A stretch of 64,000 bases of DNA. Source: Promethearchaeota archaeon (GTDB lineage: Archaea > Asgardarchaeota > Thorarchaeia > Thorarchaeales > Thorarchaeaceae). Under the pieces are notes generated by a model, which was not told the origin of the DNA, made no database searches, and was given only the letters and a program-made list of their open reading frames with translations. Both the position numbers and the translations under genes were made by a program. Below are positions 27,027-36,842 of this stretch, piece after piece; within the stretch, counting starts at the first letter, position 1, and each line of letters opens with the position of its first letter. The DNA lies in assembly GCA_014728035.1 (NCBI GenBank), contig WJMJ01000101.1, positions 32,001 to 96,000 on the forward strand. Reading direction: 5' to 3'.

Positions 27027-27359
27027 ATGAAAAAGTTGACTATGAATGAATTCGTAGTATCATCCGATTTTAAAGCCATTGTTGAAGGCGACACGATTCT
27101 GTTTGAACGTGGTGATATTGTTACATGTGGTAAAGGCAAGTCTCTTGATGCCGATGTAGAAGCAATATTGGGTGGGAATTCATACTTGCTTGAAGCCGGG
27201 GATAAAATTCAGCTGAAAGAATCAAAGAAAAAGCTAGTAAAAACTAAATCCCTGGGCAAAGATCAAGACCATGATGAATATGATGAAAAAGACAAGTACG
27301 ATGAAAAAGATGAATATGATGAAGATGAATATGATGAAGAAGATTATGACGAGGACTAG
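27027..27359 (+). CDS. Hypothetical protein with acidic YDE repeat tail
   Basis: GGAG RBS; two LxExGD motifs; (DEYDE)n tail. Confidence 0.75.
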   Translation: MKKLTMNEFVVSSDFKAIVEGDTILFERGDIVTCGKGKSLDADVEAILGGNSYLLEAGDKIQLKESKKKLVKTKSLGKDQDHDEYDEKDKYDEKDEYDEDEYDEEDYDED

Positions 27360-27399
27360 CAAGACATAGAATATATAATCAATTATTAGATGACGTATA

Positions 27400-28077
27400 G
27401 TGAAGAAGATAAGAACATGTGCTGATGCAGTTCTTATAGGTTCATCAGCTACACATTTTTGGTTCCCTGACTTCAGACTTAAAGATTATGATTTTTATGC
27501 ATACCCCAGTTTTATTGGCAGATTTTTAAAAACCAATCCTAGTGCTGCACTCATAAAACAGCACAAATCCATAAAATATTACGAGCTTAATGGACAGTCC
27601 ATAGATATCGTTTGTGATACTGGTGTCAATGGTATTGGTGAAATAGTAGATGCCAATTGTGGTTCAGCTATTATTGAATTATTTGGTCTTAAGGTGCTGG
27701 TAGCCAAACCAACAACATTGCTTCTTATAAAGAAGTTATATTCTTGTACGAATTCACGTTGGCATAAGAACTTATCTGATTATATGTTCTTAAAGGAAAA
27801 CGTAATGGAGGAACCTAGCCGCGATGAATTAGCGGCCATCACCAAAAGAACTGCATATATGTGTAATGTGTGGAGAGGTAAAAATAATCGTAGATTCACG
27901 CCAGAAGATGTAATCAATCGACTAGAACATAGTCAAGACAGAGTAGCAGATTTATATAAAATTGTAAAAGAAGCAGATTTTAATACAAATGAATGGATAC
28001 GTGACAATATTGATCGCTTGCGTGAAATTCCTCAGTATAATTCTACTAACACCACATTTACATCATTGGTGATGTAG
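27400..28077 (+). CDS. Putative nucleotidyltransferase-fold phage protein
   Basis: VLIGS..A......KDYDF motif and KxxxD near the C-terminus. Confidence 0.55.
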   Translation: MKKIRTCADAVLIGSSATHFWFPDFRLKDYDFYAYPSFIGRFLKTNPSAALIKQHKSIKYYELNGQSIDIVCDTGVNGIGEIVDANCGSAIIELFGLKVLVAKPTTLLLIKKLYSCTNSRWHKNLSDYMFLKENVMEEPSRDELAAITKRTAYMCNVWRGKNNRRFTPEDVINRLEHSQDRVADLYKIVKEADFNTNEWIRDNIDRLREIPQYNSTNTTFTSLVM

Positions 28078-28427
28078 ACATACTTGTCACGATCAATAAA
28101 TACGAATTGAAAAGGATAACCAAAAACATCTGGTATGTCGTGACCTCGCCAGTCTGGTAGAATCCATGCTGGCGAGAATGTTATATCAGACGCAATGTTG
28201 ATTCGTCGGGCTTTAATGCTGTCGGGTGGCGGGGCCATCTTCCTATTGAGTTCAATGCATGTAATGGTGTAATCCGATATTATATATTTAACGCCAAGTC
28301 TGTCTCGGAAACATATCTGATCATCCTCGAATAGATTTGGGAATGCGTTCTGTTCGTGTATGCGATATATTTCACAGTCTTCGAATGGTTTGTCTCCAGA
28401 TATGATCATTCTTTTAACTTTAACCAT
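28032..28427 (-). CDS. Hypothetical protein
   Basis: GAGGAG RBS, 131 aa. Confidence 0.65.
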   Translation of the reverse strand: MVKVKRMIISGDKPFEDCEIYRIHEQNAFPNLFEDDQICFRDRLGVKYIISDYTITCIELNRKMAPPPDSIKARRINIASDITFSPAWILPDWRGHDIPDVFGYPFQFVFIDRDKYVYITNDVNVVLVELY

Positions 28428-28656
28428 GATGGCTCCTCATGAATTTTATCACATATCGTTGTAGGGTTTGATTTTCATTATTTTGTCGTAATTTTTCAAT
28501 CATTTGGTCTTCGGATAAATTGGGGAATTTTACCAGATATCTCTTAGCCTTCGACAGCAGTCTTGCTGTGGGTGAATGCATATTTATCCTTAATCAGCAA
28601 GTATATTAATTACAACCATATATTATGTTTGATCACAAAAATAGTATGGAGATAAA

Positions 28657-28923
28657 ATGCCTGAATGGCCACGATCCAAGTCTGCCGATAATTTCATGAT
28701 GACTTCAAAGGTGGGTATGATGCAACCAGATGATCAAAATCCAGTACCCGAGCAAGACGTCATGCGCATAGCAGCAATGATGGATCAAGTGAATACAGGT
28801 CCATCTTCTACTGTACCAAAAGGCAGTGTGAACAAAGCAGATATAAAAATATCAAACAATCAACAGCACGATGGGCAGCGTGTTTTGTATGCTAAGCGTA
28901 AGGGGCGCTTCAATTGTATTTGA
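28657..28923 (+). CDS. Hypothetical protein
   Basis: GGAG RBS; first gene of the GT cluster. Confidence 0.65.
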   Translation: MPEWPRSKSADNFMMTSKVGMMQPDDQNPVPEQDVMRIAAMMDQVNTGPSSTVPKGSVNKADIKISNNQQHDGQRVLYAKRKGRFNCI

Positions 28924-28929
28924 TCAAAC

Positions 28930-30099
28930 ATGATAGAAGAATTACGTAGTCAATTAAAGCGTTACGAAAACATCATTGAAAACCGCAAAATAAATCCGGT
29001 TGAAGAAAATCCTGAATCTCAGCGTATATGGCAGAACCGTATTTGTGACCGTATGGATGAGATCAGGGATAAAATCAAGTCACTAGAACAGAAACAAAAT
29101 CATACCCACAGCAACGCCAAGAAAATCATTTTGAAAAATGAACAATCTCCAGGTGATATTGTGATGTTAACTGCGGCGGTACGTGATCTGCATCTGAGCC
29201 ATCCTGGGAAATTTATTACGGACGTCCGCACCTTATTCCCAGATATTTGGTTGCACAATCCATATATAACGTCACTTAATGAAGAAGACGATGATGTGGA
29301 TGTTATAGATATGCAATATCCAATTATACATAATAGTAATGATGGGGCTTACCATTTTATACATGGTTTTAGCATGTTTCTGGAAGATCAACTTGGGATT
29401 AGAATTAAGGTGCATAAATTCCAAGGAGATATTTATTTAAGCGATGAAGAAAAATCCTGGGTCAGCATGGTCGAGGAACATTATACACACGAGGATACAC
29501 CGTTTTGGTTAATATGTACTGGTGGTAAGACTGACTATACTGCAAAATGGTGGATTGCAGAATATGCACAAGAGGTGGTGGATCATTTTGTTGGCAAGAT
29601 TCAATTTGTACAGTTTGGTGCGGAAGGAGAAGGACATTATCATCAACGTCTACATAATGTGATAGATTTGATAGGCAAAACTGATATTCGTATGTTTATG
29701 AGATTGATGTATCATGCGGATGGTGTAGTGTGCCCCGTGACTATGGCCATGCATCTAGCTGCAGCAATACCAACAAAACCAGGAAAGCCAAAAAACAGGG
29801 CATGTGTGGTGACAGCGGGTGGTAGGGAGCCAAGTAATTTTACATTTTACACAAATCATCAATATCTTCACACTAATGGCGCGTTGAAATGCTGTGATAA
29901 TGGGGGTTGTTGGAAAAGTAGGACTGATAGACTGGGCGATGGAGACCATAAAGACAACGAATTGTGCGTTGATACTGTGCAATTCAATGGTCGTAAGGTA
30001 CAGCGTTGTATGTACGAATGCGTGAAGCCAATAGATGTGATCAGAGCAATTGAGAAACATTATGATGGTGGGGCATTGAATTTTGGAATATCAACATAA
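28930..30099 (+). CDS. GT9 (ADP-heptose:LPS heptosyltransferase-like) glycosyltransferase
   Basis: PGDIVMLTAAVRDL, DIWLHNPYI, DLIGKTDIR, MHLAAA. Confidence 0.85.
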   Translation: MIEELRSQLKRYENIIENRKINPVEENPESQRIWQNRICDRMDEIRDKIKSLEQKQNHTHSNAKKIILKNEQSPGDIVMLTAAVRDLHLSHPGKFITDVRTLFPDIWLHNPYITSLNEEDDDVDVIDMQYPIIHNSNDGAYHFIHGFSMFLEDQLGIRIKVHKFQGDIYLSDEEKSWVSMVEEHYTHEDTPFWLICTGGKTDYTAKWWIAEYAQEVVDHFVGKIQFVQFGAEGEGHYHQRLHNVIDLIGKTDIRMFMRLMYHADGVVCPVTMAMHLAAAIPTKPGKPKNRACVVTAGGREPSNFTFYTNHQYLHTNGALKCCDNGGCWKSRTDRLGDGDHKDNELCVDTVQFNGRKVQRCMYECVKPIDVIRAIEKHYDGGALNFGIST

Positions 30100-31510
30100 A
30101 CTGGGCATCGTATTGCCTACTAATATACGAGGAATCAGAGATAAGATTCTGATTAAGGAATCTGGTAGGTTCGTATCACAATGTCAAAGTAAACTTAATG
30201 CGCTTGTGGCAGTATCAAATTGTGACGATGATATATTGGGATTCAAGGCAGATGTTCACATAAAATGTGATAAAGATGGTATTGTGAATCCAACTATCAG
30301 AATGATAGATAGATTGAAGAACAAATGTCAATATATAATGAGAGTCACACAAGACACAATTATCGATTTTGATGAATTCATAAAGACATTCGATGAGGTT
30401 GATGGCACTGATAATTTTATATGTGGTGGCAAGGCATCGCTTAACAACATACAGATGGAACGCACTAAAGGTAGGGCCAATGCATTAGGAATATCTATTT
30501 CTGATGGTAGAGATTACGTGCAGGGCAATGTCATGTTGGCACCTACACGTGTGTGGTTGGAATATTATTATCGTGTGGCTCAGGTGGTAAAACACTATGG
30601 TGATGATTCATTATTGTCTCGTATAGCTAATAAAAATGGCATTGAATTGCGATTTGTGGAAAAGTTCTGGCAACATAAGCACATAAAAGTAGATAGAGTC
30701 AATATTAAGAAACCATTAATAGCTAGTTTCCCGAGATCTGGAACGCACTTTTTAATAAATACTATTAAAGATAACTTCATAGACGTTGATAATGGGTGGG
30801 TAGATGTTGTCCATGGTGTTAAGCACAGGTGGGTTAAAGATGTCAAACCAGATGGTAGTAATTTGTCAGAAAAGATCAGGGAACAGTTGATCAAATATGG
30901 CGAATCGCCCGTGCGCAAACCTCTTAAGACACATTATCAGTTTTACTTCCTGGAGCGCCATTGGGATGTGATAAAAGAACTCTATGATGTGTTCTATATA
31001 ATTCGCGACCCAAGAGACGTAATGGCAGCATGCTTCAATTATTATAATAAAACTAATTTTGAGATTTTCATAAAAGAGAAGAATTTCTCTAAATTTTTGC
31101 GCCATGAGCTTTGGAATGCACATTCAGAGACACAACCATTTTCTTTTAGCCTCGTTAAACCTCGCAATATAGTTGACAAATGGAATAAGCACGTCCATAG
31201 CTGGATGACATTTGTAAATAGAGGCGTGACTTTGATTAAATTTGAGGACTTAAATCAAAATCCGACAAGAGTAATAAATCATATCGAGAATGAAACGAGT
31301 CAGAATAAAATAAATGACAAAATTAAAATAGTTGACATTAATGATAAAAGATATCGACCTGATTACGAGGGAGATAATCCGAGAGGTATTGGGTGCTGGA
31401 AGCATTATTTTAATTTAGATGACATTGACTGGTTGTATGGGGGAATCAATTTTGCACAGATATATACAAATACGACAGCCGAAAACCAAACAGCACACAA
31501 CATCCATTAA
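30083..31510 (+). CDS. Fusion of a GT-like N-domain and a PAPS-dependent sulfotransferase
   Basis: 5'-PSB ASFPRSGTHFL, KTH, 3'-PB YIIRDPRDV, W..HV.SW, FEDL. Confidence 0.8.
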   Translation: MEYQHKLGIVLPTNIRGIRDKILIKESGRFVSQCQSKLNALVAVSNCDDDILGFKADVHIKCDKDGIVNPTIRMIDRLKNKCQYIMRVTQDTIIDFDEFIKTFDEVDGTDNFICGGKASLNNIQMERTKGRANALGISISDGRDYVQGNVMLAPTRVWLEYYYRVAQVVKHYGDDSLLSRIANKNGIELRFVEKFWQHKHIKVDRVNIKKPLIASFPRSGTHFLINTIKDNFIDVDNGWVDVVHGVKHRWVKDVKPDGSNLSEKIREQLIKYGESPVRKPLKTHYQFYFLERHWDVIKELYDVFYIIRDPRDVMAACFNYYNKTNFEIFIKEKNFSKFLRHELWNAHSETQPFSFSLVKPRNIVDKWNKHVHSWMTFVNRGVTLIKFEDLNQNPTRVINHIENETSQNKINDKIKIVDINDKRYRPDYEGDNPRGIGCWKHYFNLDDIDWLYGGINFAQIYTNTTAENQTAHNIH

Positions 31511-32261
31511 AAAGAAGCTACTCGTCAGAAAATCAAATAAAATTCCGGTTGTGATTCGTAGTCGAAATAGATGCGAATTTCTAGATGTTACATTAAGAAG
31601 TATGATTTCAACCGGAATTTATCCTGATTTGATTATTGATGATGTTAGTGACGATAAATTGACTAAACAATATTTGTTCACAGATCAAAAAATGCACATG
31701 AGAGTTAGATGGCCAACAGATGCCGAATGGATACAATACGTTGGAAAATTAAATAATACCTGGCACACAAAAGGTATCCGTTATTCTCATAAAGTAGTTC
31801 AGCCTACGAATCGCAAGGGTGTGTTGGGTGGTGTGTTTTGGTGTCTAACTTATGCATTCAATAAATTTAACGCAGATGCTGTTATATTGATAGAGTCTGA
31901 TGTACTGTTTTGCTATAAATGGTATGATACTTTAATACAAGAATACAATATAACACCGGATGCTGGCATTGTTGCTGGTTTTGTTTGCCAATCTGGATTC
32001 ATACCAAATGTGTTGATACTGGTAACTAGAGATTTATATAACAAAAGATGTATGTCATTTAATCGTGAGTATGATATTAATAAAACTGATGGCGATAGGG
32101 CATTGAGAAGAATGTGTAAAAATGTGGGGTTAACTGTTAAATGCACTGATAAATCTGTTTGTCAGCATATTGGATTTATATCATCGTGTCACATGAGGGC
32201 ACGTAAAAAAGACCGTGCAATAAGTAAAAGCCTAATTGATAGTTTGTGTTTTAATGCATAG
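31452..32261 (+). CDS. GT-A fold glycosyltransferase (paralogue of 34595-35395)
   Basis: PVVIRSRNR, IIDDVSDD, LIESDV, CQHIG. Confidence 0.75.
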   Translation: MHRYIQIRQPKTKQHTTSIKKKLLVRKSNKIPVVIRSRNRCEFLDVTLRSMISTGIYPDLIIDDVSDDKLTKQYLFTDQKMHMRVRWPTDAEWIQYVGKLNNTWHTKGIRYSHKVVQPTNRKGVLGGVFWCLTYAFNKFNADAVILIESDVLFCYKWYDTLIQEYNITPDAGIVAGFVCQSGFIPNVLILVTRDLYNKRCMSFNREYDINKTDGDRALRRMCKNVGLTVKCTDKSVCQHIGFISSCHMRARKKDRAISKSLIDSLCFNA

Positions 32262-33012
32262 ATATATTCAGATTTATAAACATAAAAGCAAATCTCGTCC
32301 TGTTAGGCATAAACAGAACGAAATTCGTATAATATTCAGTTTTATTGTTCCATATCGTGATAGACAAGAAATGATACCAGGATTGATCAAGAATATAAAC
32401 AAATATTATAATAATTACGAAATCTTAATCATCGAGCAAAGAAATAATAAACCATTTATGCGTGGTCAATTATGTAATCTAGGTTATCAAAGAAGTATTG
32501 GTAAATATGTAATATTTATGGATGTTGATGCCAGATTTTTATATAAGATTGATTTGGTTCCCAAAGACAGACCTATGGTAATGTTTACAACTGTAGTACA
32601 AGTGAAAGAAGATGGTGACAAACTAATACCATTAAGCGAAAGTCGTAGATTATCTGGGTTTGGTCTTTGTACTGCGTTTAGTAGGAAGCAATTTGAAGAA
32701 TCGAATGGATTTTCAAATTTACCAATTGGGTGGGGATGCGAAGATAATATACTGCACAAAAGAGCAAATCTCATACGCATGCCACATAAGATGGGTCATG
32801 TATGGCATGGTAATATTGGTTGGCGTGGAAAGACAACAAAGAAGGCACTGGCAAATAATAGAAAGATACTAAATGCGGAACGTAATAAAGACACATCACA
32901 CGATTCTTACAAACATACAACAGGTGTGAATGAAATCAAAAATGTTGCACATCAATATGACTACAACCGGTATATTATATACTCATTTGAAGATATAGAA
33001 GTGAATAAATGA
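32254..33012 (+). CDS. GT7/GT2-like galactosyltransferase-type enzyme
   Basis: FIVPYRDR, PFMRGQLCNLG, FMDVD, NGFSN..GWGCED. Confidence 0.85.
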   Translation: MHRYIQIYKHKSKSRPVRHKQNEIRIIFSFIVPYRDRQEMIPGLIKNINKYYNNYEILIIEQRNNKPFMRGQLCNLGYQRSIGKYVIFMDVDARFLYKIDLVPKDRPMVMFTTVVQVKEDGDKLIPLSESRRLSGFGLCTAFSRKQFEESNGFSNLPIGWGCEDNILHKRANLIRMPHKMGHVWHGNIGWRGKTTKKALANNRKILNAERNKDTSHDSYKHTTGVNEIKNVAHQYDYNRYIIYSFEDIEVNK

Positions 33013-33830
33013 AGATATTTATCGGTGCACATTGGCCACACCATATACATAAATGGTTATTAAATTTAATAACGTATTTGCGCCATAATGGTATCGGTGT
33101 GGATTACCAAACAAAATTTAATGGTGGTGTTGACATGGCAGAAAGAGCTAGCAAATCAGATATTGTTATTATCTGGAATGGAGAAGAAGAATGTTATTTA
33201 CCAACAAAATTGGTATGCAAGGAAAACAATATTCCGTGTTATATTGCAGAAGTTGGATATTTTCCGCAGCATAAATTCTTTATATTGGATACAGTTGGAA
33301 TTAATGCATCATCATCATTGATGAATGATGATTTGTCGTGGATAACAGAAAAACACATGGAAAAAGCAAAAAAGAGAAAAGTTGCTCTCATGGGCAAAAG
33401 GAAGAGAATTGCTGGTGATTATACATTTGTGCCTCTACAATACTATAGAGATACTAATATAACACATCATTCACCATTCAAGGATATGTTTTCTTTTATC
33501 AATCATGTTGAGATGAAATTTCGTGGTGATAATGTAATATTTAAAAGGCATCCGCGAGACAAAACGATATATAATAGTAAATTTCCAGTCGTTACTAGTG
33601 GTTCAAGTATAGATTATGTATTAAGATGTAAGAATGTATATGGTATTAATTCTACTGTGCTATTTGAGGCCGCACTTTTTGGTGTGCCTGTAGAATCAAT
33701 TGGTGATGGTTTATTAAGGGCACATCGTGGTAATTACGATAAAATTGTTGCTGCATTGGTCGATAGGGAGATTCCAGTAAATACCACTAATCTTGATTAT
33801 TGGATAAGACCGATCATAGAAGGACAATGA
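33009..33830 (+). CDS. KpsS/KpsC-like (capsule synthesis, GT-B) protein
   Basis: EVGYFP, D..GINA.S, FVPLQ...DT, FKRHP, INSTVLFEA. Confidence 0.8.
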   Translation: MKIFIGAHWPHHIHKWLLNLITYLRHNGIGVDYQTKFNGGVDMAERASKSDIVIIWNGEEECYLPTKLVCKENNIPCYIAEVGYFPQHKFFILDTVGINASSSLMNDDLSWITEKHMEKAKKRKVALMGKRKRIAGDYTFVPLQYYRDTNITHHSPFKDMFSFINHVEMKFRGDNVIFKRHPRDKTIYNSKFPVVTSGSSIDYVLRCKNVYGINSTVLFEAALFGVPVESIGDGLLRAHRGNYDKIVAALVDREIPVNTTNLDYWIRPIIEGQ

Positions 33831-34520
33831 TCACTGCGGCATAATTACCAACGTCCCCTGCCACTCATTTTGTTGGATTGTAGTTTTGCCTGAAATATCC
33901 ATGATATAGATTGCAAGTTTGGTTTTGGTCTTATCTGAATATGATATGTACATGTTTGTTTTTGTGCATTTTGGTATGGGTATAGATGACGCCACATATA
34001 TTGTGCCTTTCCCAGATACCACAATGGATGGTTTTCCACCGCCATCGATCATTGTATACTTCATACCAGAAAGTTCTTCAGGTACATGTAGCCACACATA
34101 ATTTCTGTTCCGATAAGCTTTGCCATTCTTGGTTAGCGTTGTAAACGCAAAACCATTCCCTGTTACTTGAATTGGTGAACGGTCCAGTGCGTCATTAAGC
34201 TGCGTTGTAAACATTTCCTTCTTCAGGCGATCAATCTCTTTGAGCAGTACAGAGGCCGTCCGGATGTCACCCTTCTTGGTGTAGATCTTCATCGTGTCCT
34301 GATAGGCTTCGATTGTTTCCTGCTTGAGCTTATCAATCTTCTCAAAATGCTTCTGTTTGGCTTCTTCGAGTTCCCTATCAGCCTCCTCCTTGTCATGAGC
34401 GATACTTCTGATCTTTCGCTTGAGTTGAATGTTTTGGTTGATCACATCTTCCAGAGCACCCTCTCCAGCACACACCATTGTACAACTAACACTAAGCACA
34501 AGAATAATAAAATAACGCAT
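33831..34520 (-). CDS. Secreted coiled-coil protein with signal peptide
   Basis: MRYFIILVLSVSCTMVCA; coiled coil; GGAGG RBS; GC-richer N-half. Confidence 0.7.
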   Translation of the reverse strand: MRYFIILVLSVSCTMVCAGEGALEDVINQNIQLKRKIRSIAHDKEEADRELEEAKQKHFEKIDKLKQETIEAYQDTMKIYTKKGDIRTASVLLKEIDRLKKEMFTTQLNDALDRSPIQVTGNGFAFTTLTKNGKAYRNRNYVWLHVPEELSGMKYTMIDGGGKPSIVVSGKGTIYVASSIPIPKCTKTNMYISYSDKTKTKLAIYIMDISGKTTIQQNEWQGTLVIMPQ

Positions 34521-34594
34521 AAAAGCCTCCTTTCTTTCTTAGGGCATTTTTATATATAGATAATATTAATCTACTACGAGTTGTAAAATATACT

Positions 34595-35395
34595 ATGAGT
34601 TGTATGTGGATAGGTATAATGATATATAAAATCGCTCGTGGTTATGATCCTCTAGGTAAGATGGATTTTAATACTGGGCATATGCCAGTTATATTGCGCA
34701 CTAGAAATAGGCACACATATTTACATATTACTATTAGTAGCCTAGAACTAAGTGGAGCAAAGCCGGATTTAATTGTAGATGATAGAAGCGATGATGATGA
34801 TGCACACAAATATTTGTTTACTAATGATCCAGTTGATCTTAATCTAGATATGTGGCCACGTATTGTAAGAAAACCACAGACAAACATTGTACGTGGAATA
34901 TATGGTAAATATGAAACCATACAACCACCAACTAGAAAAGGAGCACGAGGTGGTATATATTGGTCGGCTGCATATGGTTTTGCTCGGTTTCCACAGAGCG
35001 CAGCTATTATATTAGTGGAAGCAGACGTGTTGTTTTGCGATGGATGGTATCATAAATTTTTGGAAGAATATCATAAATCATCTAGAGACGTTGGTATCAT
35101 ATCTGGATTTAAATGTTCCAGAAATTATACTGCACAATTATGGTTGATCACTCGTGATGTTTATGTGCGTTCATATGATGATTTCCACAAACATTATAAG
35201 ACACGTCAAACAGGTGGTGATATTGCGTTGAGAAAGAGTTGTGAACATGCTGGATTGAAGATTATTAAGACGCCCAGAGCATTATGTCAGCATATAGGAT
35301 ATCAGTCAGTGGCGCATCCACGCAGAGCTAGGAAAGGCAGGGTTCTTATGGTAAAGCCGAGTTTATTATACTCTAAGTTGTGTATTCCAACATGA
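34595..35395 (+). CDS. GT-A fold glycosyltransferase (paralogue of 31452-32261)
   Basis: PVILRTRNR, IVDDRSDD, LVEADV, CQHIG. Confidence 0.75.
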   Translation: MSCMWIGIMIYKIARGYDPLGKMDFNTGHMPVILRTRNRHTYLHITISSLELSGAKPDLIVDDRSDDDDAHKYLFTNDPVDLNLDMWPRIVRKPQTNIVRGIYGKYETIQPPTRKGARGGIYWSAAYGFARFPQSAAIILVEADVLFCDGWYHKFLEEYHKSSRDVGIISGFKCSRNYTAQLWLITRDVYVRSYDDFHKHYKTRQTGGDIALRKSCEHAGLKIIKTPRALCQHIGYQSVAHPRRARKGRVLMVKPSLLYSKLCIPT

Positions 35396-36078
35396 AGTAC
35401 AATGTCAATAAAGTGATTCCACATAAGATTCAATCTGATTCAATATCATTTTGTATTTTTTGTAAAGGTAGATTGAAATACGCATTAGTATGTATAAAAA
35501 ATCTAATTGAATATATTTCAGATAAAGATGAAATCATATTTGTTGACTATTCATGTCCAGATAATAGTGGTGATGTTATATCGTCTATGCAAAATGAACA
35601 TATAAATGTAATTCGTGTTTTAAACTGTGATAGTTGGCATATTAATCATGCGCGAAATTGTGCTGGTGTTAATTCATCAAAGGATATCATAGTTATGTTG
35701 GACTGTGACATTATATTAAATCAAAATAATGTTGATGAGATAAGAAGATTGGAGCAGGGATATTACTTGAGGTCCAAACTACGAGGTAAAGGCTATGATG
35801 GTTTTGTGGCTGTATTTAGATCTGATTATATGGCAGTGTGTGGATATGAAGAAGGTATATGTTGTTATGGTCATGATGATAAAGCTTTTTATCATTCTCT
35901 TGATAGATTAGGCTTAAAATGTGTCAGGATGAATTCTACGTTTAACCCAATGAATAATACCATGGGTGAAAAGATTAGATTCGCACCAAAATCGTCTTTA
36001 AATAATGCAATCTATAGACTGCTGCGCAAGAGACATAAATATCGCAATAATGTTGGACGTAACTGGGGTCGGGTGTGA
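35392..36078 (+). CDS. GT2/GT7-like glycosyltransferase
   Basis: EIIFVDYSCPD, ARNCAG, MLDCD, GYEE...YGHDD. Confidence 0.8.
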   Translation: MKYNVNKVIPHKIQSDSISFCIFCKGRLKYALVCIKNLIEYISDKDEIIFVDYSCPDNSGDVISSMQNEHINVIRVLNCDSWHINHARNCAGVNSSKDIIVMLDCDIILNQNNVDEIRRLEQGYYLRSKLRGKGYDGFVAVFRSDYMAVCGYEEGICCYGHDDKAFYHSLDRLGLKCVRMNSTFNPMNNTMGEKIRFAPKSSLNNAIYRLLRKRHKYRNNVGRNWGRV

Positions 36079-36842
36079 AATATTTATTGGGCAGAAAACA
36101 TCTGCCATCAATAAAGGTGACTAGAAAGGGCAGCAATATTGGTGATCAAATGCTGGCGTCATTATTTGTTCATGTTCTCACTAACAACAATATTGATGCT
36201 GTTTTAGAATGTAAATTTGATCATCTTTGTAATTGTCCCAAGCCTGTGTCGCATAATAAATACACAAATTTTGAATTCAGGTATGAAGACAATAATTATG
36301 ATTATGCTTACGGAAATATTGTGCAACGCGCTATAAACGCATTTAATAATCGTTTTCATACTAATGTACATATGATATGCCCAGATCATATTCCAGTACA
36401 TTTTAGAAAATTAAACACTCCAAATTATGATGTTGTAATGTCAACAAAATCAAGTGGTTGGACATTATATAAAGAGTGGCCATATTTTACGGATCTAAAG
36501 CACACCTTGCGTCAGATGGGCATTAGTAGTTGTGATATTTCTTATATTCATAATTATGCATGTTTGAATTATGTAAACAATGCTAAAATTTATGTGGGGA
36601 TTGACAATGGTATGGCGCATTATGTGTCACAATTTGCCAATAATAAAGCCATAATTATACAAAGTGGGTATACAAATTCAGAATTTTGGTGCTACTATAA
36701 TTATGATATTATTAAAAATAAAGTTCATTGTAGTCCATGCTCATTGCGTAGTGGATGTATATTTAACCATGCTTGTATGTCGGAAATCAAAGTAAATACG
36801 GTTATTGATCATATTAAACGTAAATTGACACAAATCATATGA
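36075..36842 (+). CDS. GT9-like glycosyltransferase
   Basis: IGDQ, KEWPYF, YVGIDNGMAH, CSPC...C...CM tail. Confidence 0.75.
   Translation: MKYLLGRKHLPSIKVTRKGSNIGDQMLASLFVHVLTNNNIDAVLECKFDHLCNCPKPVSHNKYTNFEFRYEDNNYDYAYGNIVQRAINAFNNRFHTNVHMICPDHIPVHFRKLNTPNYDVVMSTKSSGWTLYKEWPYFTDLKHTLRQMGISSCDISYIHNYACLNYVNNAKIYVGIDNGMAHYVSQFANNKAIIIQSGYTNSEFWCYYNYDIIKNKVHCSPCSLRSGCIFNHACMSEIKVNTVIDHIKRKLTQII

Noticed and set aside
26075-28077. cas or TnpB-like effector genes beside the array
   Set aside because: No RuvC, HD, RAMP glycine-loop or Cas1/2/4 motifs were recognisable by eye; a remote fold match cannot be excluded
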